Shown: positions 50,216 through 62,285 of the stretch, one piece after another
Layout of the letters: every line of letters begins with the position of its first letter
Numbering within the stretch: position 1 is the stretch's first letter
Source: Dictyoglomus sp. NZ13-RE01
GTDB taxonomy: Bacteria > Dictyoglomota > Dictyoglomia > Dictyoglomales > Dictyoglomaceae
Assembly: GCA_002878375.1 (NCBI GenBank)
Contig: NIRF01000001.1
Span: 235,931-299,930, forward strand
Direction of reading: 5' to 3'
Length of the DNA stretch: 64,000 nucleotides
The notes under the pieces: model-generated
Told to the model about the DNA's origin: nothing
The model's input: only the letters and a program-made list of their open reading frames with translations
Databases searched by the model: none
Position numbers and translations under genes: made by a program

Positions 50216-51354
50216 AGCTCCTCCTTCTCCAATCTATTTTCTCTGTCATTACTAAGAAATCTCTTAAGAAAACTTTTTTTATACTCCTCATACCTCCCTT
50301 CTATTATACTTCTTTTTAATTCAGACATAATCCTAAATAAAAATCTTAGATTATGAATAGTTAAAAGTCTATAGGAAAAGGTTTCATATTGAAGATACAA
50401 ATGTCTAATATATGCACGGCTAAACTTTCTACAAGTATAACAATCACAGTCTTCTTCCAATGGGGATAAATCTTCTTTATAGATAGCATTTTTTATATTT
50501 CTTCTCCCATCTCTTGTATAAAAAATCCCATGACGAGCAAGTCTCGTTGGCAAAACACAATCAAACATATCAATACCAAACCCTACCATAACAACGAGAT
50601 CCTCAGGAGCTCCCACCCCCATAAGATATCTTGGCTTATCATCTGGCAAATTATCTGTAATAAATTGCGATATTTCATACATCAACTCTTTTGGTTCTCC
50701 TACACTAATACCACCTAAAGCAAAACCATCTAATGGCAATTCCAACATTTTGTTAATAGCTTCCAGTCTAAGGTCTTTGTAAAATCCTCCCTGAATTATA
50801 CCAAATAGATTTTGATAATGTTTTCTATTGTTATAGTTTATACTTCTTTTCAACCATTCAATAGTTAGTCTTAAAGCTTCTTCAGTCTCCCAATAATCCG
50901 CCCCATATCCAAGACAAACATCTAAAGGCATGACAATATCTGAACCCAACTTACTCTGTGTATCAATAACAAGTTCTGGAGTAAAAAAATACCTTGTACC
51001 ATCAATGTGAGAACTAAAATGGATCCCATCATTATCAATCTTTCTCAGTTTTGCTAAGCTAAAAACCTGATAACCTCCACTATCTGTCAAAATAGGACCA
51101 TCCCAAGACATAAATTTATGTAAACCACCTGCTTTCTCAATTATTTCTGGTCCTGGTCGTAAAAATAAATGATATGTATTACTTAAAATAATTTCTGCTC
51201 CCTGCTCCCTGACCTCCTCAGGTGATAGAGTTTTTACAGCTCCTTGTGTGCCTACTGGCATAAAGACAGGAGTTGTTATTTCTCCATGATAAGTCTCTAT
51301 CTTACAGATCCTTGCTTTACTCTTTTGATCCCTTATCAATACTTCAAATTTCAT
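50191..51354 (-). CDS. tgt: Queuine tRNA-ribosyltransferase
   Basis: [21 protein letters not shown], zinc site CDCYTC...H. ATG 51354 follows GAGGTG. The track start 51366 is a TTG. Confidence 0.96.
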   Translation of the reverse strand: MKFEVLIRDQKSKARICKIETYHGEITTPVFMPVGTQGAVKTLSPEEVREQGAEIILSNTYHLFLRPGPEIIEKAGGLHKFMSWDGPILTDSGGYQVFSLAKLRKIDNDGIHFSSHIDGTRYFFTPELVIDTQSKLGSDIVMPLDVCLGYGADYWETEEALRLTIEWLKRSINYNNRKHYQNLFGIIQGGFYKDLRLEAINKMLELPLDGFALGGISVGEPKELMYEISQFITDNLPDDKPRYLMGVGAPEDLVVMVGFGIDMFDCVLPTRLARHGIFYTRDGRRNIKNAIYKEDLSPLEEDCDCYTCRKFSRAYIRHLYLQYETFSYRLLTIHNLRFLFRIMSELKRSIIEGRYEEYKKSFLKRFLSNDRENRLEKEELWTKILGV

Positions 51355-51362
51355 CCTACACC

Positions 51363-52382
51363 TCAATATATAAACATGGCATCTCCAAAGCTATAAAATC
51401 TAAATCTTTCTTCAATGGCTTTTGCATATGCTTTTTTCATTAAATCATATCCCATAAATGCGGAAACTAACATTAATAGGGTAGATTTTGGAAGATGAAA
51501 ATTTGTTATTAAACCATCAATTATTTTAAATTCAAATCCAGGATAAATAAATAAATCAACAAGACCTTTTCCCGCCTTTACCCTACTACCCTCTCTATTT
51601 CCTTCCAAGGTCCTTGTAACAGTAGTTCCCACTGCTATTATTCTCCTTCCCTCCTCTTTTGCCTTATTTATCCTGTAACTAACTTCTTCTGAAATCTCAT
51701 AGTATTCTGGATCAATCTTATGTTTTGTAATATCATCTACAACTACAGGTCTAAAAGTACCTAAACCAACATGTAGAGTTATATATAAAATTTCAATTCC
51801 CATATTTTTTAAATTCTCTAATAACTCAGGAGTAAAATGTAAACCTGCGGTAGGAGCAGCAACTGAACCTAACTTTTTAGCATAAACTGTTTGGTATCTT
51901 TCTGGATTTTCCAAAGGTTTTTTAATATAAGGAGGTAAAGGTATCTTTCCAATCTCAGGCAAAATATTTTCTAAATTTGGCGTTGAGAACTTGAGAAGAA
52001 ATATACCATCTTCATTTCTTTCTAATACTTCACAAAACACATCATCCTTAAAAAGAATTTTAGATCCAATTTTTGCTCTCCTTCCTGGTTTTATGAGAGC
52101 AGAGAAGGTCAAATCATCTATCTTCTTCAACAACAAAACCTCTATTTTAGCTCCTGTCTCTTTTCTTCCATATATTCTTGCAGGTATTACCTTTGTATCA
52201 TTTAAAACTAATACATCACCTTTTCTCAAAAACCTGTGAATATCTCTAAAAATACAGATAGATATCTCTCCACTCTCCCGAGATACTACCATTAATTTGG
52301 AGCTATCCCGTGGTTCTACTGGTTCTTGGGCTATCAATTCTTCTGGCAAATAGTAATCATAATCAGATAATTTTAGTACCAT
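51363..52382 (-). CDS. queA: S-adenosylmethionine:tRNA ribosyltransferase-isomerase
   Basis: [32 protein letters not shown] and [10 protein letters not shown]. Confidence 0.96.
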   Translation of the reverse strand: MVLKLSDYDYYLPEELIAQEPVEPRDSSKLMVVSRESGEISICIFRDIHRFLRKGDVLVLNDTKVIPARIYGRKETGAKIEVLLLKKIDDLTFSALIKPGRRAKIGSKILFKDDVFCEVLERNEDGIFLLKFSTPNLENILPEIGKIPLPPYIKKPLENPERYQTVYAKKLGSVAAPTAGLHFTPELLENLKNMGIEILYITLHVGLGTFRPVVVDDITKHKIDPEYYEISEEVSYRINKAKEEGRRIIAVGTTVTRTLEGNREGSRVKAGKGLVDLFIYPGFEFKIIDGLITNFHLPKSTLLMLVSAFMGYDLMKKAYAKAIEERFRFYSFGDAMFIY

Positions 52383-53455
52383 CTTTTTATATCTACCCCT
52401 TGATAGTAGTACTTTAAAATATCCTTATAATTATAACCTTTTTCTGCCAAATACTTTGCACCCTTTTGAGACATTCCAACACCATGCCCATAACCCTTTC
52501 CTTTAAAATACATCCCGCCATTTGAAAATTCTATATTAAAAAGAGTACTCGGTAAATCAAAAATCTCTCTCCACAAAGTTCCTTTGATTATATTTTCACC
52601 CATTGTATTCTTTAGGACAACATTTTTTACTCTTCCAGTAGCACTCTTCTCTAATTCTATAGTGTCTATATTTTCTAAATTTATATTTATTGATAATAAT
52701 TTTCTCCTCGTATCTTCAAAAGAATAGTATACTGTCCAACTATCCTTTTCAAGTTCTTCTACATCCTTAACACTTCTCAAATAAGGATAATATCCCCCCC
52801 AAACGTCTTCACTATTTTCCGTTATGCCTCCTGAGGAGGAATGAAAAAATGCCTTTATTAAACTTCCATTATAAGTAATAACTTCTCCTATCGTCTCCAA
52901 TACTGCCTTATTAGAACTTTCCTTCTCATAACTAAAGCCCTTATAAACTTGGCAGTGAGTTGTTGAACACAGATCAAAATCTTTATGTTTTCCCATATTT
53001 GCTAATGCATAGGTTCTCGAAGCTACAGCCTGTGCCTTTAAAGCCTCTATTGGATAAGAGGCTGGCATCTCTGCAGGTACAACACCATACAAATATTCCT
53101 CTAAATTCAATATATTTATAAGCCATCCGTCATTGTTTATCTCAAAAATACCTCTATATTGGTTAGAATTTATTGTTATTTTCTTATCTTTCTGTGGATA
53201 TAGAGTAATCGGTAAGCTAAGGATTAAAACGTCCTTACCAAAGTTTAATACTGCACAATTTTCAGAAATTTTTAAATATAGTTCTCCATTTCCTCCCAAT
53301 TCAATATTAATATAAGAGTTAACAATTAAACCAACATTTGAAATAAATATTTCTCTGTCTATTTTTAAGACACCCACTCTTATGATAGGTATCTCTTGAG
53401 AAAAAGAGACCACAAATAATATTAAAAAGAGAACAAAGATACAAAAGATCCTCAT
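52373..53455 (-). CDS. SpoIID/LytB domain protein (lytic transglycosylase-like cell-wall enzyme)
   Basis: Signal peptide. EALKAQAVASRTYA, FHSSSGGITE and GHGVGMSQKGA. Confidence 0.88.
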   Translation of the reverse strand: MRIFCIFVLFLILFVVSFSQEIPIIRVGVLKIDREIFISNVGLIVNSYINIELGGNGELYLKISENCAVLNFGKDVLILSLPITLYPQKDKKITINSNQYRGIFEINNDGWLINILNLEEYLYGVVPAEMPASYPIEALKAQAVASRTYALANMGKHKDFDLCSTTHCQVYKGFSYEKESSNKAVLETIGEVITYNGSLIKAFFHSSSGGITENSEDVWGGYYPYLRSVKDVEELEKDSWTVYYSFEDTRRKLLSININLENIDTIELEKSATGRVKNVVLKNTMGENIIKGTLWREIFDLPSTLFNIEFSNGGMYFKGKGYGHGVGMSQKGAKYLAEKGYNYKDILKYYYQGVDIKRWY

Positions 53456-53676
53456 TTCAAGATCCTAAATATGATACTTAGGATTATAGTCAAGATAATA
53501 CTTAAGATAATAGAAGTGGTAACAGGAAAATAAAAGACAAAATTCTTCTTTTCAATCCTTATATCACCAGGAAGACGACCAATAGGAAAGAACTTAAGAC
53601 CATAGGATAAAACTATTCCCAAAATTATGAGAATGACTCCTAAAATAATCAACCATTTCCCAAATAAATTTAACAT
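53452..53676 (-). CDS. DUF2905 family small membrane protein
   Basis: MLNLFGKWLIILGV...GRLPGDIRIEKKNFVFYFPVTTSIILSIILT. A second ATG at 53697 would add 7 aa. Confidence 0.75.
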   Translation of the reverse strand: MLNLFGKWLIILGVILIILGIVLSYGLKFFPIGRLPGDIRIEKKNFVFYFPVTTSIILSIILTIILSIIFRILK

Positions 53677-54551
53677 AGTTCGATCACACCCCCACATATA
53701 ACATCTTGTATATTAGGAATATTTTTAACTACTAATTTTTCCGCAGGAATCAATTCTCCATCCATAGTTGCCATTAAATCCTTCTCCCCCTCAATCTTTA
53801 CCTCTTTTGCCCTATACATTTTTACATGAGGATTAATAGTGTGTTTTCCAAAATAAATTAATGGAAAATAGAGAACTAATTCTAAGGGATGTATTTTCTC
53901 CACAATACAAATATCAAATAAACCATCATTTAATCTAGCACTTGGAGTTATTTTCATTCCTCCTGCATAATTTCTTGTATTTCCAATAGCCACTAACGTA
54001 ATTTCTCCACTCCAAACTTTATCATCCATATAAATGTTACACTTTTTTGGTTTATAATTTTTAAGGGTTAAAAAAACTGATGCCACATATCCAAGCGGTC
54101 CCCTAAACTTTAATCTATTTGCTGTTAAATTTGCTTCTGCATCAAATCCCAATCCAGTAACCCCCACAAAATATCTACCATCTATCATGCCTAAATCCAT
54201 CTTAAAATTTTTGCCCTTTTTAAGTAGCTTAACTGCCTCTTTTAAGTTCTTAGGAATTTTCAAAGATCTTGCTACATCATTCCCTCTTCCAATAGGAAGA
54301 ATTCCTAATTTAGCTCTACCTCTAAGTCCATTCACAACTTCATTCACTGTTCCGTCTCCACCTGCAGCAACAACTATATCTGCCCCCTTATCCAAAGCCT
54401 TTTCAACCTGCTTAAGAGTTCCCTCTCCTCCTAATGTAAACTCAATATCAAAATTAATATTTTCTTTCTCTAACAAAGATTTAATTTCTGGAAATAACTT
54501 TTCTCCTCTGCCTTTATTTGCTATAGGATTAACCAATACATGATATTTCAT
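53670..54551 (-). CDS. Diacylglycerol/lipid kinase family protein (YegS/BmrU-like)
   Basis: NPIANKGRG, and GGDGTVNEVVNGL. Confidence 0.9.
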   Translation of the reverse strand: MKYHVLVNPIANKGRGEKLFPEIKSLLEKENINFDIEFTLGGEGTLKQVEKALDKGADIVVAAGGDGTVNEVVNGLRGRAKLGILPIGRGNDVARSLKIPKNLKEAVKLLKKGKNFKMDLGMIDGRYFVGVTGLGFDAEANLTANRLKFRGPLGYVASVFLTLKNYKPKKCNIYMDDKVWSGEITLVAIGNTRNYAGGMKITPSARLNDGLFDICIVEKIHPLELVLYFPLIYFGKHTINPHVKMYRAKEVKIEGEKDLMATMDGELIPAEKLVVKNIPNIQDVICGGVIELC

Positions 54552-55093
54552 TTCTTCTCTCCTTTCCAGTATCTCTCCTTTTCACTATATATACAACCGC
54601 AATATTTTTGTCTATATAAATTTAGTTCCTTAGCCTTATTTATAGCAGTCCTATATTCACTTCTATAGTCATAATAAACAAACTCTATATTATACTCATT
54701 TTCTAACATCTTACCAATCTTAAATATTAAATCATGCTTCTGATAAGGACTCATTAAAAGTGTAGTAGTAAATCTATTAAATCCTAAATCTTTAGCAGTT
54801 TCTACTGTTTTCTTTAGCCTCATATAGTAACAAACAGGGCACCTTTCATTCTCTCTATAAACTACATTTCGAATAAAACCTTCTAAATCATAATCATCAT
54901 TTACAATTAACTCTAAATTTTGCATACTTGCATAATTTTTTAAGGTTTCTAATCTCATTTTGTATTCCTGATAAGGATGAATATTGGGATTATACCAAAA
55001 ACCTTTCACATCATACCCATTCTCTCTTAGCTTTTCAAGGGGATATATCAAACAAACCGCACAACATATATGCAAAAGAAGATCCCTATTCAT
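54548..55093 (-). CDS. queH: Epoxyqueuosine reductase QueH (DUF208)
   Basis: LLLHICCAVC, CPVCYYMRL and YRQKYCGCIYSE, the characteristic Cys motifs of QueH. Confidence 0.85.
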   Translation of the reverse strand: MNRDLLLHICCAVCLIYPLEKLRENGYDVKGFWYNPNIHPYQEYKMRLETLKNYASMQNLELIVNDDYDLEGFIRNVVYRENERCPVCYYMRLKKTVETAKDLGFNRFTTTLLMSPYQKHDLIFKIGKMLENEYNIEFVYYDYRSEYRTAINKAKELNLYRQKYCGCIYSEKERYWKGEKK

Positions 55094-56082
55094 GAGTCAG
55101 CCTCCATTAAATGAGTTAAACCTAAAGGTGTTATTATTCTTCCTCTTGGAGTTCTTTGAATAAAACCAATCCTTAAAAGATAAGGTTCATACATCACTTC
55201 TATTGTTTCAGGAGATTCATTCAAAAACTCAGCAAGATTTTTTATTCCTACAGGTCCACCTTTAAAATTATCCCTAATCGCTTTTAATATTTTTCTATCT
55301 AACTCATCCAATCCTTTATAGTCTATTCCTAAGAAATTTAGAATTTCTTTAACCTTATCAATACTTAAATTATTAATATCCATAACCTGAATATAATCTC
55401 TAACCCTCTTTAGAAGCCTGTTTGCAATTCTTGGTGTACCTCTTGAACGCTTTGCAATCTCCAAGAGTACTTCTTCAGAAAGATTTAAATCCAATATTTT
55501 TTGGGATCTTAACAAAATCTCTACCAACTCTTCCTCATTATAATAGTCAAAATTGGCAATAAAACCAAATCTATCCCTTAAAGGATGACTTAATAATCCA
55601 GGTCTTGTTGTAGCTCCAACAATAGTAATAGGTGGTAGTTTGAATTTTATTATTCTTGCAGAAGGTCCTTTACCAGTAACTATACTTATAGATAAGTCCT
55701 CCATTACAGAATATAATACCTCTTCAAGAGAGGGGGAAAGTCTATGAATTTCATCAATAAATAAAATACTTCTCTCCGATAAAGATGTTAAAATTCCTAC
55801 TAAATCACCAGTCTTTTGCAAAGTTGGTGCAGAAACCATCTTTATTTCCACATTCTCTTCAGTAGACAAAATTAAAGCCAATGTCGTCTTACCTAAGCCA
55901 GGAGGACCACAAAATAAAATATGATCTAAAGCTTCTTTTCTTTCTTTTGCAGCTTTTAAAATAATATCAAGTCTTTCTATAATCTTCTTTTGACCAACAA
56001 ATTCACAAAGATTCTTTGGTCTTAAAAGATTTTCTAAGGCTGGTTCTTTTTGAACTAAAGAAAAAGAATAATTCTTTCTCAT
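55090..56082 (-). CDS. ruvB: Holliday junction branch migration DNA helicase RuvB
   Basis: LRPKNLCEFVGQ, Walker A GPPGLGKTT, FIDEIHRL and RGTPRIANRLL. Confidence 0.97.
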   Translation of the reverse strand: MRKNYSFSLVQKEPALENLLRPKNLCEFVGQKKIIERLDIILKAAKERKEALDHILFCGPPGLGKTTLALILSTEENVEIKMVSAPTLQKTGDLVGILTSLSERSILFIDEIHRLSPSLEEVLYSVMEDLSISIVTGKGPSARIIKFKLPPITIVGATTRPGLLSHPLRDRFGFIANFDYYNEEELVEILLRSQKILDLNLSEEVLLEIAKRSRGTPRIANRLLKRVRDYIQVMDINNLSIDKVKEILNFLGIDYKGLDELDRKILKAIRDNFKGGPVGIKNLAEFLNESPETIEVMYEPYLLRIGFIQRTPRGRIITPLGLTHLMEADS

Positions 56083-56086
56083 TTAT

Positions 56087-56659
56087 TTACATCTTTCTGA
56101 GTATATCTAATGCAATCTTTATTAATTCTTCTATAGATTTCCCTTTCTCCTTTGACAATTCTTTCATTACTTTGTTAACTTCGCTTTTTGTATAACCAAG
56201 ATTAATCAAAGCATTTGCTACTGTTTCAATTTCATCGCTCTTTTCTTCAATAGGCAATGTCCTCTTAGCAGAGAAAAATATTTTTTGGGCAATTTTTTTT
56301 CCAATTCCTGGAATAGAAGTTAAGATCTCCCAATTATTATTTTCTAAAGCATTTTTCCAGTCATTATAAGTAATATTATCTACAATCTTCAAGGCTAATC
56401 TCACCCCCACTCCCGGTAATTCCATCAGGCTTTCAAAAAAATCCCTCTCGTCTTTTTCTAAAAAACCATAAAGTCTAATACTTTCCATATTAAAAATCTC
56501 ACTTACATAAATATCTATTTCTTCTCCTATCTTATCTTTTATTTTTTTTATACTACAATCAGATAGAAATATCCTAAAACTAATTTTATTTAACGAAATT
56601 ATTAAAACATTATTGTCAACTTCCAATATCTTTCCATGAATATGATTGATAAAACTCAA
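56087..56659 (-). CDS. ruvA: Holliday junction branch migration complex subunit RuvA
   Basis: OB-fold N-terminus, tandem HhH motifs (LPGVGVRLALKI, IPGIGKKIAQKI), and C-terminal domain III. Confidence 0.92.
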   Translation of the reverse strand: MSFINHIHGKILEVDNNVLIISLNKISFRIFLSDCSIKKIKDKIGEEIDIYVSEIFNMESIRLYGFLEKDERDFFESLMELPGVGVRLALKIVDNITYNDWKNALENNNWEILTSIPGIGKKIAQKIFFSAKRTLPIEEKSDEIETVANALINLGYTKSEVNKVMKELSKEKGKSIEELIKIALDILRKM

Positions 56660-57135
56660 ACTTTATCACCTTTAGTTAAAGAATAACATATACAAAGCGC
56701 CAATGCATCTGCAGCATCATCTGGTTTTGGAATTTCCTCTAATTGTAGAAGTTCTTTTACCATAATCTGCATTTGCTCCTTAGTAGCTCTACCATAGCCT
56801 ACTATAGTCTGTTTTACTTCTAAGGGAGTAAAGGTCTGTAACTTAATATTATGTTGATAAGTAGATAACATTATTACTCCCTGTGCTTGGGCAACATTTA
56901 TAGCTGTTTTCGTATTCTTATAAAAATATACATTTTCCATTACTACAACATCTGGATTATACTTTTCTAAAATATTAGAAATTTCCATATATACATAGTT
57001 TAATCTTTTTTCTACAACCCATTCCTTTGGAGTAGTTAATACTCCATAATCTACTATTTTTAGTTTTTTGTTATTAAAATCAACCAAACCGTAGCCTATA
57101 GTGGCTGTTCCTGGATCAATTCCTAAAATTAACAT
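56656..57135 (-). CDS. ruvC: Crossover junction endodeoxyribonuclease RuvC
   Basis: ILGIDPGTATIGYG, and PDDAADALALC. Confidence 0.95.
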   Translation of the reverse strand: MLILGIDPGTATIGYGLVDFNNKKLKIVDYGVLTTPKEWVVEKRLNYVYMEISNILEKYNPDVVVMENVYFYKNTKTAINVAQAQGVIMLSTYQHNIKLQTFTPLEVKQTIVGYGRATKEQMQIMVKELLQLEEIPKPDDAADALALCICYSLTKGDKV

Positions 57136-57885
57136 CTAAGACAATTTTTGCAAAATTTCGTCAGGAATATCAAAATTAGCATAAGTTTTTTGTACATCAT
57201 CATGATCATCTAATTCTTCCATTAGTTTCAAAAGCTTTTCTGCATCTTCACCTTGAACAGGTACTAAATTTTTTGGAACCTTAGTTACTTCTGCTTGAGT
57301 TATCTTATATCCTTTAGCTAATAATGCTTCTTTAACAGCAGTGAATTCCTGTGGAGATGTGATAATCTCAATACTATCAGGATCAATTCTTACATCTTCT
57401 GCACCAGCTTCTAAGGCATCACTCAAAAGTTGATCCTCATCCACTACACTTTCTTTATCAATGAAAATACTCCCCTTATCTTCAAAAATCCATGAGACAC
57501 AGCCAGCCTCTCCTAAATTGCCACCATGTTTTGTAAAGATCCTTCTAATCTCAGAGGCAGTCCTATTTTTATTATCTGTTACAACCTCTACCATAATTGC
57601 AACACCAGCAGGTCCGTATCCTTCATAAACTACCTCTTCATAAGTTACACCAGGAATTTCTCCTGTTCCCCTCTTAATAGCTCTTTCGATGTTTTCTTTT
57701 GGCATATTTGCCTCGCGAGCTCTCTCAATAGCAGCTCTTAATCTTGGATTAGTTTCTGGATTCCCTCCTCCTTGTTTAGCAGCTATTATAATTTCTTTAC
57801 TTAAATTGGAGAAAAGCTTCCCCTTCTTTGCATCTGTTGCTGCCTTTCTATGTTTAATATTTGCCCATTTTGAATGTCCAGACAT
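57136..57885 (-). CDS. yebC: YebC/PmpR family DNA-binding regulatory protein
   Basis: [14 protein letters not shown]...NPRLR...[14 protein letters not shown]. Conserved position upstream of ruvC. Confidence 0.93.
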   Translation of the reverse strand: MSGHSKWANIKHRKAATDAKKGKLFSNLSKEIIIAAKQGGGNPETNPRLRAAIERAREANMPKENIERAIKRGTGEIPGVTYEEVVYEGYGPAGVAIMVEVVTDNKNRTASEIRRIFTKHGGNLGEAGCVSWIFEDKGSIFIDKESVVDEDQLLSDALEAGAEDVRIDPDSIEIITSPQEFTAVKEALLAKGYKITQAEVTKVPKNLVPVQGEDAEKLLKLMEELDDHDDVQKTYANFDIPDEILQKLS

Positions 57886-57983
57886 TATTCCGCCTCCTTA
57901 CATTGAAATTTTCAAAAGTATATCTCAATTAGAATTCTACTATATTTTATTAAGTTTGACAAGAAGAGAAAGAATAGGTTAAA

Positions 57984-59519
57984 TCAAGAATTTTCTATAA
58001 TTTTCTTAAACGCCAAAGGTATGTTTTCAACTATATCTCCTGCAATAAGACCTCTATCTCCAATTGTTTCTTTGTATATCAAAGAAGATAAAGAATGAAT
58101 ATAATTACCTAACACACATGCTTTCTTAATAGAAATTCCCTGAGCTAATAAAGCGGTAAGTATACCTGTCAAAACATCTCCCGAGCCTGCTGTAGCTAAA
58201 AGAGAAGATGCAAATGGATTTATATATACATCACCATCTGGAAAAACAGACAAAGAATAAGGACCTTTTAAGATAAGATTTATATTATATTTTTCTGCAA
58301 ATTTTCTCGAAACATCTATCCTGTTTTCTAAAATGTGTTCTATTGACAAATCAGTTAAACGAGACATTTCCCCTATATGAGGGGTTATTATTATGTTACC
58401 TTTATTTAGATAAGACAAAGTAGGTTTAATTGCAGTTAAAGCATCTGCATCAATAACTAATGGCTTATCAATTTTCAAAACCAATTCTTGAATAAATCTT
58501 TGAGTAGCTTCAAAGAGTCCAATACCTGGTCCAATCCCTACAGAATCTATTCTCAATTTTTCTATAATTTCAAGAATTTTACTTACACTCTCATAGGATA
58601 TATAACCACTTTGATCCCCTAATGGAATGAAAATAATCTCTGGATTTTGTCCCCTATGAAGATTACTTATAGATTCTGGAAGAGCAAGGTAAACTAACCC
58701 AGCAGAAGTTCTTAAAGCGGACTTTGCAGATAAAATTGGAGCACCACTATACTGGAGGGATCCCCCTATAATTAAAACTTTACCCTTTTCCCCTTTATGA
58801 ACTCCTAATGGAAATTTAGGAATACTTTTTAAAATATCTTCTTCTTGGACATAGTATATATTAGAAGGAATCAAGTCGTTTAAAAATTTTATAGGAAATC
58901 CCAATGGATTAACAACAAGTTCCCCAATGTAATCTATAACCTTTGGATTAAAAAAGCCAATTTTGGGTAAAAACATAGTAACTGTATAGTTTGCTTTGAT
59001 ACAAGCCCCCATAATTTTACCAGAATCAGCATCTATTCCTGTAGGCACATCTATTGAGATAACAGTTTTGTTAAGATTATTAACTTCTTCAATTATACTT
59101 ACTAACTCATTATCTAATGGTCTCTTTAGACCAATCCCTAAAAGCCCGTCAATAATAATATCAAAAAATCTTATGCTTCTATATTCTTCTCTTAGTGATA
59201 AAAATTCTATCTCTGTATTTTTTAAAATCTCATATTGTATCTTCGAAAGCTCAGAAATATTTTTATCCCAATTGTATAAAAAAACTGTTGGCGTTATTCC
59301 ATTCATATATAGATAGCGCGCAATAACTAAGGCATCTCCTCCATTATTTCCTGGTCCACATAAAACACATATCCTTTTATCCTTTAAATTTATTTTCTCT
59401 TTTAATAAGCTAAAAGATTGAGCACCAGCATTTTCCATTAACAACAATGGAGGAATATTATATTCTTTTACCAACTTATTTTCTAAAATTCTTGTCTCTT
59501 CAACAGATAAAACCTTCAT
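57984..59519 (-). CDS. nnr: Bifunctional NAD(P)H-hydrate repair enzyme (epimerase / ADP-dependent dehydratase)
   Basis: YjeF_N motif GPGNNGGDALV. C-terminal kinase-like motifs HKGEKG, GGS..YSGAP and GSGDVLTG. Confidence 0.92.
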   Translation of the reverse strand: MKVLSVEETRILENKLVKEYNIPPLLLMENAGAQSFSLLKEKINLKDKRICVLCGPGNNGGDALVIARYLYMNGITPTVFLYNWDKNISELSKIQYEILKNTEIEFLSLREEYRSIRFFDIIIDGLLGIGLKRPLDNELVSIIEEVNNLNKTVISIDVPTGIDADSGKIMGACIKANYTVTMFLPKIGFFNPKVIDYIGELVVNPLGFPIKFLNDLIPSNIYYVQEEDILKSIPKFPLGVHKGEKGKVLIIGGSLQYSGAPILSAKSALRTSAGLVYLALPESISNLHRGQNPEIIFIPLGDQSGYISYESVSKILEIIEKLRIDSVGIGPGIGLFEATQRFIQELVLKIDKPLVIDADALTAIKPTLSYLNKGNIIITPHIGEMSRLTDLSIEHILENRIDVSRKFAEKYNINLILKGPYSLSVFPDGDVYINPFASSLLATAGSGDVLTGILTALLAQGISIKKACVLGNYIHSLSSLIYKETIGDRGLIAGDIVENIPLAFKKIIENS

Positions 59520-59857
59520 CTTTTTCCTTCCAATCTCAAAACAACTCTATTTGGCAAACACACAATACTTTCTCCCACTTTTTTAATCCATCCTTGCTTC
59601 ACACATAATTTATCAGGACATGGAGATGCTATCATTCTAACCCCATACTTAGGATCATACTCAAAATAACTTTTATCTATTACTCCTTCTACACTAAAAA
59701 CTTTTTTCTCTTGAATTTTTGCCAAATTAATTCTCATTACTTCCTTGTTATTAACTTCGACAACTAAATAGAAAGCTTGCCCACTGGTATAGAAATATAC
59801 CCAAATAATAAAAGCAATGATTAAAATAGAAAATAAAACTATAAATTCTTTTTTCAT
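59516..59857 (-). CDS. NusG domain II-containing membrane-anchored protein
   Basis: N-terminal TM helix, then CPDKLCVKQGWI...GESIVCLPNRVVL, typical of the NusG_II (formerly DUF1312) family. Confidence 0.75.
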   Translation of the reverse strand: MKKEFIVLFSILIIAFIIWVYFYTSGQAFYLVVEVNNKEVMRINLAKIQEKKVFSVEGVIDKSYFEYDPKYGVRMIASPCPDKLCVKQGWIKKVGESIVCLPNRVVLRLEGKR

Positions 59858-59861
59858 AAAA

Positions 59862-59884
59862 TAGGGGTAGATAAACTACCCCTA
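59862..59884 (-). terminator. Hairpin between eno and the downstream gene (terminator or attenuator)
   Basis: 9-bp stem TAGGGGTAG (59862-59870) / CTACCCCTA (59876-59884), loop ATAAA. On the minus strand it is followed by UUUU and then the AUG of the next gene. Confidence 0.55.
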
Positions 59885-59889
59885 CCTTC

Positions 59890-61236
<1,347 letters not shown>

Positions 61237-61290
61237 TTAAAAACAATACAAATCATATAAAATAAAAGAAAAAAAGATGGAGGTAGAAAT

Positions 61291-61875
61291 ATGGAATATA
61301 TTTCACCATCATGGGAAGAAATATATAAACAATGTATTGACTTAGCCAAAAAAATTAAAGATGACAATTATATTCCTGAAGTAATAGTAGGTGTGGCAAG
61401 AGGAGGATGGATACCAGCAAGAATCCTATCGGATCTTCTTGAAAATTCTTATACAGCCAATATAAAGATAGATTTCTATAGAGGGGTTGGTGAAACAAGA
61501 GAAAGACCCGTTATAACTCAAACAATATCTACAGGAGTAGAAGGGAAGAAAGTTTTAATTGCAGATGATGTAGCGGATAGTGGGAAAAGTTTAAAAGTTG
61601 CAAAAGAACACTTAGAGCATTGTGGTGCTTCTCAGGTAAAGATTGCTACCATTTATTATAAACCATGGTCCATAATTAAACCTGATTACTACATATCTGA
61701 GACATCCGCATGGATTATTTTTCCTTGGGAGGTTAACGAGACTCTTCTTAAAATTGCAAAAAACCTAAAGAGTCAAGGTAAATCTCACGATGAGATCTTA
61801 GATGAACTTTTTAAAACAGGAGTAAGTAAGGAATTAATAGATAGATTTAGAAGTGATTTTTGGAAAAATCTATGA
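61291..61875 (+). CDS. Phosphoribosyltransferase (purine PRT-like)
   Basis: GVARGGWIPARIL, and the PRPP motif VLIADDVADSGKS. Confidence 0.85.
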   Translation: MEYISPSWEEIYKQCIDLAKKIKDDNYIPEVIVGVARGGWIPARILSDLLENSYTANIKIDFYRGVGETRERPVITQTISTGVEGKKVLIADDVADSGKSLKVAKEHLEHCGASQVKIATIYYKPWSIIKPDYYISETSAWIIFPWEVNETLLKIAKNLKSQGKSHDEILDELFKTGVSKELIDRFRSDFWKNL

Positions 61876-62285
61876 AGGCAGTTTCTGCAGGTGGAATTAT
61901 AATTGATGAAAAAAATAGAGTCTTAATACTACAGAAGAGAAATGGATGTTGGGTACTTCCTAAGGGACATGTAGAGGAAGGAGAAAATATAGAAGAAACA
62001 GCTATAAGAGAGGTAGAGGAAGAATCAGGTATAAAAGCAAAGATTATAAAATTTATAGGAGAAATAGAATATCATGCAGAAGCCACAGAATTTCATCCTG
62101 AGGAAGATAAAAAGGTTTTATGGTTTTTAATGTATCCATTAACGAAAGATATTAATGTGGAAAAGGAAGTATTCATTCAGGGAAAGTTTGTTGATATGAA
62201 AACTGCATTAAATTTATTGACATATCCCTTAGAAAGGGAAATGGTTAAAAAGGCTTATAGCTTAATTAAGGAGGACCAAAAATGA
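61872..62285 (+). CDS. NUDIX hydrolase
   Basis: Nudix box LPKGHVEEGENIEETAIREVEEESG. The ATG overlaps the upstream TGA (ATGA). The track start 61860 is a TTG. Confidence 0.9.
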   Translation: MKAVSAGGIIIDEKNRVLILQKRNGCWVLPKGHVEEGENIEETAIREVEEESGIKAKIIKFIGEIEYHAEATEFHPEEDKKVLWFLMYPLTKDINVEKEVFIQGKFVDMKTALNLLTYPLEREMVKKAYSLIKEDQK

